Of a DNA stretch of 64,000 bases, positions 24,528-35,853 are shown piece by piece. Position 1 is the first letter of the stretch; every line of letters starts with the position of its first letter. The stretch lies in the NCBI RefSeq assembly GCF_002854065.1, contig NZ_CP024147.1. The stretch is one strand, 5' to 3'. Made by a program: the position numbers and the translations under genes. The DNA comes from Escherichia coli. Its GTDB lineage: Bacteria > Pseudomonadota > Gammaproteobacteria > Enterobacterales > Enterobacteriaceae. The notes under the pieces were generated by a model. That model saw nothing but the letters and a program-made list of their open reading frames with translations, was not told the DNA's origin and ran no database searches.

Positions 24528-24803
24528 GTGGCTTCTGTTTCTATCAGCTGTCCCTCCTGTTCAGCTACTGACGGGGTGGTGCGTAACGGCAAAAGCACTG
24601 CCGGACATCAGCGCTATCTCTGCTCTCACTGCCGTAAAACATGGCAACTGCAGTTCACTTACACCGCTTCTCAACCCGGTACGCACCAGAAAATCATTGA
24701 TATGGCCATGAATGGCGTTGGATGCCGGGCAACCGCCCGCATTATGGGCGTTGGCCTCAACACGATTTTCCGCCATTTAAAAAACTCAGGCCGCAGTCGG
24801 TAA
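24528..24803 (+). CDS. insA: IS1 InsA
   Basis: Identical to the other InsA copies. Confidence 0.95.
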   Translation: MASVSISCPSCSATDGVVRNGKSTAGHQRYLCSHCRKTWQLQFTYTASQPGTHQKIIDMAMNGVGCRATARIMGVGLNTIFRHLKNSGRSR

Positions 24804-25225
24804 CCTCGCGCATACAGCCGGGCAGTGACGTCATCGTCTGCGCGGAAATGGACGAACAGTGGGGATACGTCGGGGCTAAATCGCGCCAGCGCTGGCTGTT
24901 TTACGCGTATGACAGGCTCCGGAAGACGGTTGTTGCGCACGTATTCGGTGAACGCACTATGGCGACGCTGGGGCGTCTTATGAGCCTGCTGTCACCCTTT
25001 GACGTGGTGATATGGATGACGGATGGCTGGCCGCTGTATGAATCCCGCCTGAAGGGAAAGCTGCACGTAATCAGCAAGCGATATACGCAGCGAATTGAGC
25101 GGCATAACCTGAATCTGAGGCAGCACCTGGCACGGCTGGGACGGAAGTCGCTGTCGTTCTCAAAATCGGTGGAGCTGCATGACAAAGTCATCGGGCATTA
25201 TCTGAACATAAAACACTATCAATAA
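24722..25225 (+). CDS. insB: IS1 InsB reading frame
   Basis: Identical to InsB of copies 1 and 3. Confidence 0.9.
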   Translation: MPGNRPHYGRWPQHDFPPFKKLRPQSVTSRIQPGSDVIVCAEMDEQWGYVGAKSRQRWLFYAYDRLRKTVVAHVFGERTMATLGRLMSLLSPFDVVIWMTDGWPLYESRLKGKLHVISKRYTQRIERHNLNLRQHLARLGRKSLSFSKSVELHDKVIGHYLNIKHYQ

Positions 25226-25263
25226 GTTGGAGTCATTACCCGCCGCGAGATAAAGGAAAAATC

Positions 25264-25749
25264 ATGCTTTCCGACTGGTACGATTTATGGTTTTACACGC
25301 CGGAACTGCGACGTCCTATGCCTATTTCACGGCAACAAAGATTAATTGGGCAAATCTCTAACGGCGATGTCATTGTCACTAACTTTGAATATGCCTATGA
25401 CTCGACCCTGGTGGGGGAAGTCACGTGTGCTGAAAAGCAGTGTTACAAGCTGGCGCTGGTGCGTAAATCGGCGGATATCACCTGGCCGAAGGTTATCTAT
25501 TACGTTGAAAAAGACGGTGATAATCGCCCGTGGAAGGCAGCCTATTACTCGCAGGATGACCAGTTAATAAAAGAAGTGTTGTATCAGGATTTCCAGCCGG
25601 TGCTGGGGAAAACGCGACCCATGAAAATAACCGTTACCGATGTCCGTCACGGCAATAACTATTCAGTGATGGAGTACAGCGATGTTCGTCTGGAATCGCT
25701 GCCGGAGTTTCATTTCACCAAAGAGTATATTCAGCGAGGTGCGAAATGA
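25264..25749 (+). CDS. Hypothetical 161-aa protein with no signal peptide, probably the 3' remnant of a gene truncated by IS1 copy 2 (LolA-like fold is a guess)
   Basis: ORF begins 24 bp after the IS1 end; the frame is open back to the IS1 boundary; its stop overlaps the start of the next gene (ATGA). Confidence 0.5.
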   Translation: MLSDWYDLWFYTPELRRPMPISRQQRLIGQISNGDVIVTNFEYAYDSTLVGEVTCAEKQCYKLALVRKSADITWPKVIYYVEKDGDNRPWKAAYYSQDDQLIKEVLYQDFQPVLGKTRPMKITVTDVRHGNNYSVMEYSDVRLESLPEFHFTKEYIQRGAK

Positions 25750-27134
25750 AACGTACGCTGAAGATCTCTTCGTTGCTGTGTGTTGCGCTGCCGTTGACGG
25801 TACAGGCGGATTGCCTGTCAGGTGACGAGGTGGCACAAAACAGCGATGTGACGCTTTACGAGCAGGTGTCTTATGTCAATAAACAGGCTTCGGCCTGGCA
25901 GATTGCAGGCAAAAATCCCTACACACGTCACAACGGTTATCAGGAGGCGGGGATTGGCATCAATAGTGGTTGTTCGATAATCGACAATACGCTGGACCTT
26001 AAGCTCAATCTGTATGGAATAAACGAATATGCGCTTAAACCCGCAGGGAAATTCGAAACGGATGATAGCCGCACACGTGCGTTAATTAACCGCCTCAGTC
26101 TGGTCTATAGCGCCTCGGACAGCGTTCAATTTGAAGCAGGCAAATTTGCCGCGCCGTCAGGAATGTTCTTTTTGCGTTCGCCTTCTGATTTGCAAACGCA
26201 TTATTACACCGGCTTCCAGTCGACACGTTTGCACGATCCCAAAATGACATCGGCGTATCAGGCGTCATCGTGGGGCGCAAAAATGAACTTGGATACACGC
26301 GATTATGCGTTTTCGGCGAGCGTCATACCGAAGTTAGCCACCATCGACAAACGCTATGTGACGTCTGGCAACTGGTCTGCTAATCAGCAGGGAAACAGCG
26401 ACGAAGCCTATCTGCTGAGCTACAGCGATCATCGCTTTGGTGAGCACACACCGACAGTCAATGTGCGGCTCGGGCCATCGCCGTCACTCGCGCTGTCTGA
26501 CAGTTATCACTACACCCCGCAGCTGACGCTGAATGTCGACGCAGCCTACCACCGCTCCCAACAATGGCGGCATCTTTCCCACCATGAGACGGCGCAGGTC
26601 GAGGAATATCAGTTTCCGGATTCGCTCTATGAAACGAAAGACGAAAGCGGCGTGGAGCTGGCCCTGGGGGGGCAATACACCAGCGATAGTTTCAGCGTGT
26701 TTGGCGTTGAGTATTACTTTCAGAGCGAGGGGTATTCGCGTGCTGAACAGCGTCAGCAGCGCGAGTTAATTGATTTCCTCAACACCACAACCGGTTATGC
26801 GCCACTGGATCAGGCATTTGATTCTTACAAATACCTGATGGCTTCAGAAATCAGCAATACCGCCAATCAGGGGATGCTGCAGGGTAAGCACTATCTGAAC
26901 GCCTGGGCCAGTCTGCCGCTGGCGGGAGAGTCGACGCTGCAGCCTTCGCTGGTGGTGAATCTCGTTGATGGCAGCACGTTGCTGGGCCTGCATTATTCCA
27001 CGCCGCTCAGCACTATCAGTAACCAGCTTGAAACCTATGCCGGTGGCTATAGCGCGCTGGGAAGTCGGTACTCCGAATTTGCGCTTTTTGGCGACACGTT
27101 AGGCCTTTATTTGGGCTTTAAATACTATCTATAA
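25746..27134 (+). CDS. Putative outer-membrane protein (462 aa) with cleavable signal peptide
   Basis: MKRTLKISSLLCVALPLTVQA signal; long alternating-polarity, Y/G/S-rich sequence; C-terminal ...LGFKYYL. Confidence 0.6.
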   Translation: MKRTLKISSLLCVALPLTVQADCLSGDEVAQNSDVTLYEQVSYVNKQASAWQIAGKNPYTRHNGYQEAGIGINSGCSIIDNTLDLKLNLYGINEYALKPAGKFETDDSRTRALINRLSLVYSASDSVQFEAGKFAAPSGMFFLRSPSDLQTHYYTGFQSTRLHDPKMTSAYQASSWGAKMNLDTRDYAFSASVIPKLATIDKRYVTSGNWSANQQGNSDEAYLLSYSDHRFGEHTPTVNVRLGPSPSLALSDSYHYTPQLTLNVDAAYHRSQQWRHLSHHETAQVEEYQFPDSLYETKDESGVELALGGQYTSDSFSVFGVEYYFQSEGYSRAEQRQQRELIDFLNTTTGYAPLDQAFDSYKYLMASEISNTANQGMLQGKHYLNAWASLPLAGESTLQPSLVVNLVDGSTLLGLHYSTPLSTISNQLETYAGGYSALGSRYSEFALFGDTLGLYLGFKYYL

Positions 27135-27144
27135 GGATAAAGAG

Positions 27145-28089
27145 ATGATGAATAATGCTTCACAACCGACAGTACTGCTTTTTGCCGGTCAGGGTAATCC
27201 GGTTATTGGCATGGGCAGCGATCTTTGGGATCTCAATGCCAGTACAAAACATATCTGGGATTGTGCCAGCGATATTTCCGGGCTGAACCTGCGTCGCCTG
27301 TGTCAGAAGGGGCCGATGAATCGCCTTATTCAAACGACGGTACAACAACTGGCGGTGACCGCAATCAATGTAACGCTCTATACCCTGTGCCGTGAACGTC
27401 TTGAGAATTTAACGGTTGTGGGGTCCTGCGGACACAGCGTTGGTGAATACAGTGCGCTCTACGCTGCCGGAGCTATTTCTCTTGAGACGCTATTTGGCAT
27501 GATTCACTTCAGAGCCAGCCTGATGCATGACGAAAGCCAGAGAAATAAAGGCGCAATGCTGGCGGTTAAAGGCATCAACCGCGAACAACTGCAGACGATG
27601 ATTACGGAATCAGGCATTGCGCTGGATATTAGCTGTGATAACACGCCGCGCCAGCAGGTTATTGGAGGAACGCAGGCTGCGTTGAATGAATTTGCCACGC
27701 TGCTGATGGCCGCTGGATACGAACCGGTTAAACTCGGTGTGAGCGGTGCTTGGCACACGCGTTTGATGGAGGACGGCGTTCAGGCAATGCGCGATTATCT
27801 TGCCGGACTGGATATCGCTTCGCCAGAGCATCAGGTTCTGATGAACGTAACAGCAAAAAGCGAGGTCGCTCCGTCAATTATCAAAGAAAATCTCTCATTA
27901 CACTTAACTCATACGGTGAAATGGACTGAATCTCTCGATACATTTCTGAATATGCCAACCTCGGTAGCCTTCCTTGAAATAAGTAATAAGCCCTATTTGG
28001 GGAATATGTTAAACGATTTTGCTGGTGTGGATCAGCAACGAGTTATGCATTGTCGTAAAGCATTTAGTGATGCGAAGGTATTCAAATGA
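27145..28089 (+). CDS. FabD-like acyltransferase (malonyl-CoA:ACP transacylase family, 314 aa)
   Basis: Active-site-like GHSVGE and N-terminal [14 protein letters not shown] resemble FabD GHSLGE / PGQGSQ motifs; possibly the intact counterpart of the K-12 ymdE fragment. Confidence 0.65.
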   Translation: MMNNASQPTVLLFAGQGNPVIGMGSDLWDLNASTKHIWDCASDISGLNLRRLCQKGPMNRLIQTTVQQLAVTAINVTLYTLCRERLENLTVVGSCGHSVGEYSALYAAGAISLETLFGMIHFRASLMHDESQRNKGAMLAVKGINREQLQTMITESGIALDISCDNTPRQQVIGGTQAALNEFATLLMAAGYEPVKLGVSGAWHTRLMEDGVQAMRDYLAGLDIASPEHQVLMNVTAKSEVAPSIIKENLSLHLTHTVKWTESLDTFLNMPTSVAFLEISNKPYLGNMLNDFAGVDQQRVMHCRKAFSDAKVFK

Positions 28090-29072
28090 TTCCTGATTAT
28101 TTAACTTTTATTCGCTTTCAGGATAAACGAAGTCTGATATACATTTATGCTATTGGACTTATTCTGATAGGCTTTTATTGGAAAAATGCAGGATTTACTT
28201 TTCCATCAGAGGATATTGGTGTCGTTAGTGGGATTCTGGCCCTGGTGCTGTATAATTTTATTTTTGATCTCAAGGCGTACTGGGCTTATAAATGCGTCAC
28301 GAAGAATATCGATTTTTCGTGGTTTAAGAAAAAGCAGAACCACAAAATAGAATTATTTCTTACGCAACCTCTGGTGGCAGGATTTCTGTCGTTAATCATG
28401 TTGAGTGCAATGAGTTGGGGGCTATACCAGCGTCTACCCTCGTTATATGCGCTGTTCCTGATTTCGTTACTTGGGCCGTTGGTTATCTTTCTGCTGTTTC
28501 GGATGATCCGCACCAGTTATGTCAAGCAGGTCGCTATTTCAGTAGCGAAAAAAGTAAAATATAAAAGTCTGACTCGCTATGTGCTGCTTTCGGTGTGCAT
28601 CTCAACGGTTGTTAACCTGCTTACTATCAGCCCGTTGCGTAACAGTGATTCTTTTGTGATAGAGGGGCAGTGGTTAACGTTTAAATCGATAATTGCATTG
28701 CTCATTCTTTGTGGCGTAGTGTTGGCGATTAATCTGTTTTTTCTGCGCTTCTCCAGGCGGTACGCTTTTTTGGGCAGGCTTTTTTTGCAGGAAATCGATC
28801 TGTTTTTCTCCAGTGAAAATGTGTTGTCGACCTTTTTTGCCAAGCCGCTTTGGCTTCGGTTATTCATATTGCTGGTTATTGAAGTGATGTGGATTACGCT
28901 GGTGTCGGTATTGGCAACGCTTGTGGAATGGCGGATTTGGTTTGAAGCCTATTTTTTACTCTGCTATGTACCGTGCTTAATTTACTATTTTTTCTATTGT
29001 CGATTTCTCTGGCATAACGATTTTATGATGGCATGTGACATGTATTTCCGTTGGGGGCATTTTAATAAGTGA
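28086..29072 (+). CDS. ycdU: YcdU polytopic inner-membrane protein (328 aa)
   Basis: Many predicted TM helices; length and sequence match my recollection of YcdU; ATGA overlap with the upstream gene. Confidence 0.8.
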   Translation: MIPDYLTFIRFQDKRSLIYIYAIGLILIGFYWKNAGFTFPSEDIGVVSGILALVLYNFIFDLKAYWAYKCVTKNIDFSWFKKKQNHKIELFLTQPLVAGFLSLIMLSAMSWGLYQRLPSLYALFLISLLGPLVIFLLFRMIRTSYVKQVAISVAKKVKYKSLTRYVLLSVCISTVVNLLTISPLRNSDSFVIEGQWLTFKSIIALLILCGVVLAINLFFLRFSRRYAFLGRLFLQEIDLFFSSENVLSTFFAKPLWLRLFILLVIEVMWITLVSVLATLVEWRIWFEAYFLLCYVPCLIYYFFYCRFLWHNDFMMACDMYFRWGHFNK

Positions 29073-29203
29073 GGAAGTGATAGGAAGTGACCAGATAATA
29101 CATATATGTTCTGTACTCTCTTGCGCATTTTGATTGTTGACTGAGTAACCAGACAGTTGATGTTCACGATTTCCCCTCGCCCTAACAGACGTGGGCGGGG
29201 GCA

Positions 29204-29463
29204 CCCGGTGTGTGCAATATACGAAAAAAAGCCCGTACTTTCGTACGAGCTCTTCTTTAAATATGGTGGTGAGGGGGGGATTGACTCGCTTCGCTCGCCC
29301 TGCGGGCAGCCCGCTCACTGCGTTCACGGTCTGTCCAACTGGCTGTCGCCAGTTGTCGACCCCTGGACGGGGCTTCTCATCCCCCCGGTGTGTGCAATAT
29401 ACGAAAAAAAAGCCCGTACTTTCGTACGAGCTCTTCTTTAAATATGGCGGTGAGGGGGGGATT
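29204..29463. repeat. Two direct copies (29204-29282 and 29384-29463) of a ~79-bp segment covering the serX 3' end plus its terminator, separated by 101 bp of GC-rich DNA
   Basis: Copies differ only by one extra A and one C/T change; the first copy ends with a pseudo tRNA 3' end tggtggtgagggggggatt. Confidence 0.85.
29404..29431 (-). terminator. Rho-independent terminator of serX
   Basis: On the minus strand, hairpin gctcgtac / gtacgggc followed by T8, 13 nt past the tRNA 3' end. Confidence 0.7.
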
Positions 29464-29532
29464 CGAACCCCCGATACGTTGCCGTATACACACTTTCCAG
29501 GCGTGCTCCTTCAGCCACTCGGACACCTCACC
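29445..29532 (-). tRNA. serX: tRNA-Ser (GGA), 88 nt
   Basis: Reverse complement GGTGAGGTGTCCGAGTGGCTGAAGGAGCACGCCTGGAAAGTG...GGTTCGAATCCCCCCCTCACCGCCA; long variable arm; encoded CCA. Confidence 0.95.
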
Positions 29533-29726
29533 AAATTGTCGTTCCTGTCTTGCTGGAACGGGCGCTAATTTAGGGAAATCATGACCTGAGGTCAACAAAC
29601 TTTTTTAAAAAATCGCGCGTTTATTCAAACTTCAATCAATGTGTGGTTTTAATAAGCGAAATCTGCTTTTTTTGCCACCGACCACGGATTTGTTATGCTG
29701 GTGGCCTTTGTAGATCATAACGATAA

Positions 29727-30704
<978 letters not shown>

Positions 30705-30758
30705 TAAAGCATCAGGATTCCTGCTATCCTTGGCGGGAATTGAATATAGGAGAGAGTT

Positions 30759-31496
30759 ATGTATCCCGTCGACCTTCATATGCATACCGTTGCCAGCACA
30801 CATGCATATAGCACATTGAGTGATTACATTGCCCAGGCCAAACAAAAGGGCATTAAACTTTTTGCGATCACCGATCATGGCCCGGATATGGAAGATGCGC
30901 CGCATCACTGGCACTTCATTAACATGCGTATCTGGCCGCGAGTGGTTGATGGGGTAGGGATCCTGCGCGGCATCGAAGCTAACATTAAAAATGTTGATGG
31001 TGAAATTGATTGCAGCGGTAAAATGTTTGACTCGCTGGATCTGATTATTGCCGGTTTTCATGAGCCGGTTTTTGCACCACATGACAAAGCGACCAATACA
31101 CAAGCGATGATCGCCACTATCGCCAGCGGCAATGTGCATATAATAAGCCATCCCGGAAATCCGAAATATGAGATAGATGTTAAAGCCGTTGCTGAAGCAG
31201 CCGCGAAACATCAGGTGGCGCTGGAAATCAATAATTCCTCATTTTTACACTCACGTAAGGGCAGTGAAGACAACTGTCGTGCGGTAGCCGCAGCGGTACG
31301 TGATGCTGGAGGTTGGGTGGCATTAGGCTCGGATTCTCACACCGCGTTTACCATGGGGGAATTTGAAGAGTGTCTTAAAATCCTCGACGCGGTAGATTTT
31401 CCGCCAGAGCGCATTTTGAATGTTTCTCCGCGCCGCTTACTGAACTTCCTTGAATCTCGCGGTATGGCACCGATTGCGGAATTTGCAGACCTTTAA
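30759..31496 (+). CDS. ycdX: YcdX PHP-family phosphatase (245 aa)
   Basis: [18 protein letters not shown]... PHP-domain histidines. Confidence 0.9.
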
Positions 31497-31519
31497 TTAC
31501 TAGTAATGGAAATATATTA

Positions 31520-32074
31520 ATGAACGAGTTTTCTATCCTCTGTCGTGTGCTGGGTTCGCTCTATTACCGCCAACCGCAAGATCCTTTACTGGTGCCGCTG
31601 TTTACCCTGATTCGTGAGGGGAAACTGGCTGCGAACTGGCCACTGGAGCAGGATGAGTTACTGACGCGTTTACAGAAAAGCTGTGATATGGCGCAAGTCT
31701 CTGCCGATTACAATGCGTTGTTTATCGGCGATGAATGCGCTGTGCCGCCATATCGTAGCGCATGGGTTGAGGGCGCGGCGGAAGCGGAAGTGCGCGCTTT
31801 TCTTTCTGAACGAGGGATGCCATTAGCGGATACGCCTGCCGATCACATCGGCACATTGCTGCTTGCGGCTTCCTGGCTGGAAGATCAGTCAACGGAAGAT
31901 GAGAGCGAAGCACTGGAAACACTGTTCAGTGAGTATCTGTTACCCTGGTGTGGCGCGTTCCTTGGCAAAGTGGAGGCCCATGCAACCACGCCTTTCTGGC
32001 GCACCATGGCACCGCTAACCCGTGATGCCATTAGTGCAATGTGGGACGAGCTGGAAGAGGATTCTGAAGAGTGA
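31520..32074 (+). CDS. ycdY: YcdY chaperone (184 aa)
   Basis: MNEFSILCRVLGSLYYRQPQDP...; recognised. Confidence 0.9.
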   Translation: MNEFSILCRVLGSLYYRQPQDPLLVPLFTLIREGKLAANWPLEQDELLTRLQKSCDMAQVSADYNALFIGDECAVPPYRSAWVEGAAEAEVRAFLSERGMPLADTPADHIGTLLLAASWLEDQSTEDESEALETLFSEYLLPWCGAFLGKVEAHATTPFWRTMAPLTRDAISAMWDELEEDSEE

Positions 32075-32175
32075 ATGTGATCTGCGTCATTCATGACTGC
32101 AACGGGTAATTTGTTGTTGCATAAAATGTGTGCTCGATCTCATTCATGGACGCGTTTTCTGCTATCATGCGCGGC

Positions 32176-32667
32176 ATGAACATACTTCTCTCTATTGCAA
32201 TCACAACAGGCATTCTCTCCGGTATCTGGGGATGGGTGGCTGTTTCCCTGGGCTTACTAAGCTGGGCGGGCTTCCTGGGCTGTACGGCCTACTTTGCTTG
32301 CCCGCAAGGTGGGCTGAAAGGGCTGGCGATCTCCGCTGCAACTCTGCTTAGTGGCGTGGTGTGGGCGATGGTCATTATTTACGGTAGTGCACTGGCGCCA
32401 CATCTGGAAATTCTCAGTTATGTCATAACCGGTATTGTCGCGTTTCTGATGTGTATTCAGGCCAAACAGCTGCTGCTTTCATTTGTTCCGGGGACGTTTA
32501 TAGGCGCATGCGCGACGTTTGCCGGGCAGGGTGACTGGAAACTGGTGTTACCTTCGCTGGCGCTTGGGCTGATATTTGGTTACGCAATGAAAAACAGCGG
32601 CCTGTGGCTGGCGGCGCGTAGTGCAAAGACGGCTCTCCGTGAGCAGGAAATCAAAAATAAAGCGTGA
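32176..32667 (+). CDS. ycdZ: YcdZ inner-membrane protein (163 aa)
   Basis: Starts MNILLSIAITTGILSGIWGW; hydrophobic. Confidence 0.85.
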   Translation: MNILLSIAITTGILSGIWGWVAVSLGLLSWAGFLGCTAYFACPQGGLKGLAISAATLLSGVVWAMVIIYGSALAPHLEILSYVITGIVAFLMCIQAKQLLLSFVPGTFIGACATFAGQGDWKLVLPSLALGLIFGYAMKNSGLWLAARSAKTALREQEIKNKA

Positions 32668-32699
32668 GGGGCACTCACGCTTTCGCTTAAACAGTAAAT

Positions 32700-32726
32700 G
32701 CCGGATTATTAATTCCGGCATTTTTA
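32700..32726. terminator. Terminator between convergent ycdZ and csgG
   Basis: gccggattattaattccggc hairpin followed by attttta. Confidence 0.7.
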
Positions 32727-32730
32727 TCTG

Positions 32731-33564
32731 TCAGGATTCCGGTGGAACCGACATATGGCGGTATTTCACCAGAATGTCATTCTGCCGTTCTGCTTTGTTC
32801 TGCAAATCCCACAGACCACGGTCAATACCATCATTAATCAGGAAAATGACCCCTGTTTCGATAGCCGACATCAGGCACAGCATAACGGGTTCGTTCGAGG
32901 TGTAACCCACTTCCCCTTCCAGCAAGCGCTGGTAGTCAATAAAGCGGAAAACCCCAGCCTGAACTTCATAGGAAAGTATCGTCTTACTGGTGTTCACCGA
33001 GGAGAGGATCTCACCGGTACTCACATTGACGACGCGCAGGTTCACGGCAATCTGATCGAGCTGGTATTGCGTGTCGGCACCGATCCCAAAATATCTTGCC
33101 CCAACCCCGCCAGATTTGACGTTGCTTTCATAACCGATAATCGAACCTTCAACCATGATATTTGCCGCCGTTAAAGATTGCAGCGGGATTCGGTTATTAA
33201 TGGCAACCGTGCCGTTTTCTTGTGCCGCACGAATAATCTTGCGCTCGTTAAGCAGGTTTTGTAAGCCCTGGCGCTCCAGCGGTATAAACCAGCGAGAATC
33301 TTTCAATGCCGTGACCAGCATTGCCGTGGCGCTTTGCGGAACAGCAGTGGAGAAGTTACTTGCCGGGTAGGGTTTAAATTGCCCGGTTTCGTCCTGAATG
33401 TTGTATACCGAAACAAAGATCTTACCCGTCGGCGCTGGCAGATGGGTCAAATCTTTGTAGCTCTGAGCTCGAGGCATTAATGTCGGTCTGGCGGCTTCTT
33501 TAGGCGGGGCGGTTAAGCATCCGCTCAGTAACATGACGGCAACCAAAAGAAATAAGCGCTGCAT
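32731..33564 (-). CDS. csgG: CsgG curli secretion channel lipoprotein (277 aa)
   Basis: MQRLFLLVAVMLLSGC lipobox; recognised. Confidence 0.95.
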   Translation of the reverse strand: MQRLFLLVAVMLLSGCLTAPPKEAARPTLMPRAQSYKDLTHLPAPTGKIFVSVYNIQDETGQFKPYPASNFSTAVPQSATAMLVTALKDSRWFIPLERQGLQNLLNERKIIRAAQENGTVAINNRIPLQSLTAANIMVEGSIIGYESNVKSGGVGARYFGIGADTQYQLDQIAVNLRVVNVSTGEILSSVNTSKTILSYEVQAGVFRFIDYQRLLEGEVGYTSNEPVMLCLMSAIETGVIFLINDGIDRGLWDLQNKAERQNDILVKYRHMSVPPES

Positions 33565-33590
33565 GATTATTTTCCTTATGAAGCTGGGGC

Positions 33591-34007
33591 TTAAAAATCG
33601 GTTGAGTTATTTTGTAAACCCGAAACCTGGATAGTCGAGGTTTGTCCGGTTTTACGATCTGTCACGTTCAACTGCAATTGACCATCGCGGTTGGCAATAT
33701 CGACAATATAATCGTTGGTCACCATGCGGCCCGGTTTCCCGGTATTAATATTCGACAGTAGCCCACCTAAAATTTGTGACTGGATGGCCTGAGTAAAGTT
33801 ATCTAACGCTGAGGGTGTTTCAATACCAAAGTCATCGTTATAGCTCGGATCTTTATAAGAGTTTTGGGCCTGAGCGCTATTTAATAAAAAAGCGCCATTA
33901 TTTGGGTTACCACCAAAGTTTGGATTACGGAACTGGAAAGTCATGGTTCCAGCCCAACTTAATGGCGAAATAAGCATGAGTAGAACTACTGCATGTTTGA
34001 CACGCAT
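33591..34007 (-). CDS. csgF: CsgF curli assembly protein (138 aa)
   Basis: Recognised sequence. Confidence 0.95.
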
Positions 34008-34031
34008 TGCAGCCTCCGAACAATTTTTTAT

Positions 34032-34421
34032 TTAGAATTCATCATGCGCCAAATCGCCCGTACTTAATAACGCCTGATTTATCTGGCGACGATTTAGTGC
34101 TTCTTCAGTTTGAATCAGTGCAAAGACGACAGTTTTTTCGAAGTCTCTTTTCAACGGGAATAAAAAAGTCTGGAAAATAACGTCCTGATTCACCGTTATA
34201 GTGATCCAACTTCCCCATCGTGCACTGGGCCTTTCATTAATCGTTAAGTTACCCGTATAGTCACTTTCCCATTTATCACTAAAGGCTCGGTAAAAATCAT
34301 GGCCAATAGATGAAACAGTATGGTCAGTTAACAATCCCGGGACTTCTACCTCAACGGCGTGAAGATTCCCTGCGGCGAACAGAAATTCTGCCGCCACAAT
34401 CCAGCGTAAATAACGTTTCAT
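34032..34421 (-). CDS. csgE: CsgE curli secretion specificity factor (129 aa)
   Basis: Recognised sequence. Confidence 0.95.
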
Positions 34422-34786
34422 GGCTTTATCGCCTGAGGTTATCGTTTGCCCAGGAAACCGCTTGTGTCCGGTTTTTTACGGCTATCTTCTTGAAAAGATT
34501 ATAAAGATGCGTTTTAACCGTATTTTCGCTGATGAACAACGAACGAGCGATCTCGTTATTAGACGCGCCGATACGCAGCTTATTCAGGATCTCTTTTTCC
34601 CGATGAGTAAGGAGGGCTGATTCCGTGCTGTTATAACGATAGTTACCAGAATGTGTAATCAGGTAACTGGCAAGCTTTTGCGTAAAGTAGCATTCGCCGC
34701 GCAGGACGCCTTGCAACCCATTGACAACACGTTCTTGATCCTCCATGGCATAAAAAACGCCGTTGATATGAGGCCAGTTTTCAATG

Positions 34787-34878
<92 letters not shown>

Positions 34879-34995
34879 CTTTTTATCCGCTTCCATCATA
34901 TCCAGAAGAATAATAGAGCCTGAAGAGATATCGTCCAGAGGGTGATGCTGCCAACTTACTGATTTAGTGTATGATGGTGTTTTTGAGGTGCTCCA

Positions 34996-35271
34996 GTGGC
35001 TTCTGTTTCTATCAGCTGTCCCTCCTGTTCAGCTACTGACGGGGTGGTGCGTAACGGCAAAAGCACTGCCGGACATCAGCGCTATCTCTGCTCTCACTGC
35101 CGTAAAACATGGCAACTGCAGTTCACTTACACCGCTTCTCAACCCGGTACGCACCAGAAAATCATTGATATGGCCATGAATGGCGTTGGATGCCGGGCAA
35201 CCGCCCGCATTATGGGCGTTGGCCTCAACACGATTTTCCGCCATTTAAAAAACTCAGGCCGCAGTCGGTAA
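34996..35271 (+). CDS. insA: IS1 InsA
   Basis: Identical to the other InsA copies. Confidence 0.95.
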   Translation: MASVSISCPSCSATDGVVRNGKSTAGHQRYLCSHCRKTWQLQFTYTASQPGTHQKIIDMAMNGVGCRATARIMGVGLNTIFRHLKNSGRSR

Positions 35272-35693
35272 CCTCGCGCATACAGCCGGGCAGTGACGTC
35301 ATCGTCTGCGCGGAAATGGACGAACAGTGGGGATACGTCGGGGCTAAATCGCGCCAGCGCTGGCTGTTTTACGCGTATGACAGGCTCCGGAAGACGGTTG
35401 TTGCGCACGTATTCGGTGAACGCACTATGGCGACGCTGGGGCGTCTTATGAGCCTGCTGTCACCCTTTGACGTGGTGATATGGATGACGGATGGCTGGCC
35501 GCTGTATGAATCCCGCCTGAAGGGAAAGCTGCACGTAATCAGCAAGCGATATACGCAGCGAATTGAGCGGCATAACCTGAATCTGAGGCAGCACCTGGCA
35601 CGGCTGGGACGGAAGTCGCTGTCGTTCTCAAAATCGGTGGAGCTGCATGACAAAGTCATCGGGCATTATCTGAACATAAAACACTATCAATAA
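35190..35693 (+). CDS. insB: IS1 InsB reading frame
   Basis: Identical to InsB of copies 1 and 2. Confidence 0.9.
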   Translation: MPGNRPHYGRWPQHDFPPFKKLRPQSVTSRIQPGSDVIVCAEMDEQWGYVGAKSRQRWLFYAYDRLRKTVVAHVFGERTMATLGRLMSLLSPFDVVIWMTDGWPLYESRLKGKLHVISKRYTQRIERHNLNLRQHLARLGRKSLSFSKSVELHDKVIGHYLNIKHYQ

Positions 35694-35853
35694 GTTGGAG
35701 TCATTACCCGTCCAGAGAACGTTGAATATTATGTAATTTTCCTGTAATTGCCAGCGATTGTTTAAGGTGCTGCAAGAGAGCTGTCGCCTGCAAAGAAGGT
35801 TTAGTGATCAACAATAATGTATGACCATGAATACTATGGACTTCATTAAACAT

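Larger units (their letters stand above)
24473..25240 (+). mobile_element. IS1: IS1 copy 2 (768 bp) with no target-site duplication
   Basis: Ends ggtgatgctgcc ... ggagtcattacc; left flank tgatcttaa differs from right flank cgccgcgag. Confidence 0.95.
34941..35708 (+). mobile_element. IS1: IS1 copy 3 (768 bp) with 9-bp TSD cgtccagag
   Basis: TSD at 34932-34940 and 35709-35717; canonical IS1 ends. Confidence 0.95.

Noticed and set aside
25264-25749. Possibility that the 161-aa ORF after IS1 copy 2 is a complete gene with its own RBS (aaggaaaa 8 bp upstream)
   Set aside because: No signal peptide and an open frame back to the IS1 boundary favour a 5'-truncated remnant; the RBS-like motif may belong to the IS1-flank junction. 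Left as uncertain.
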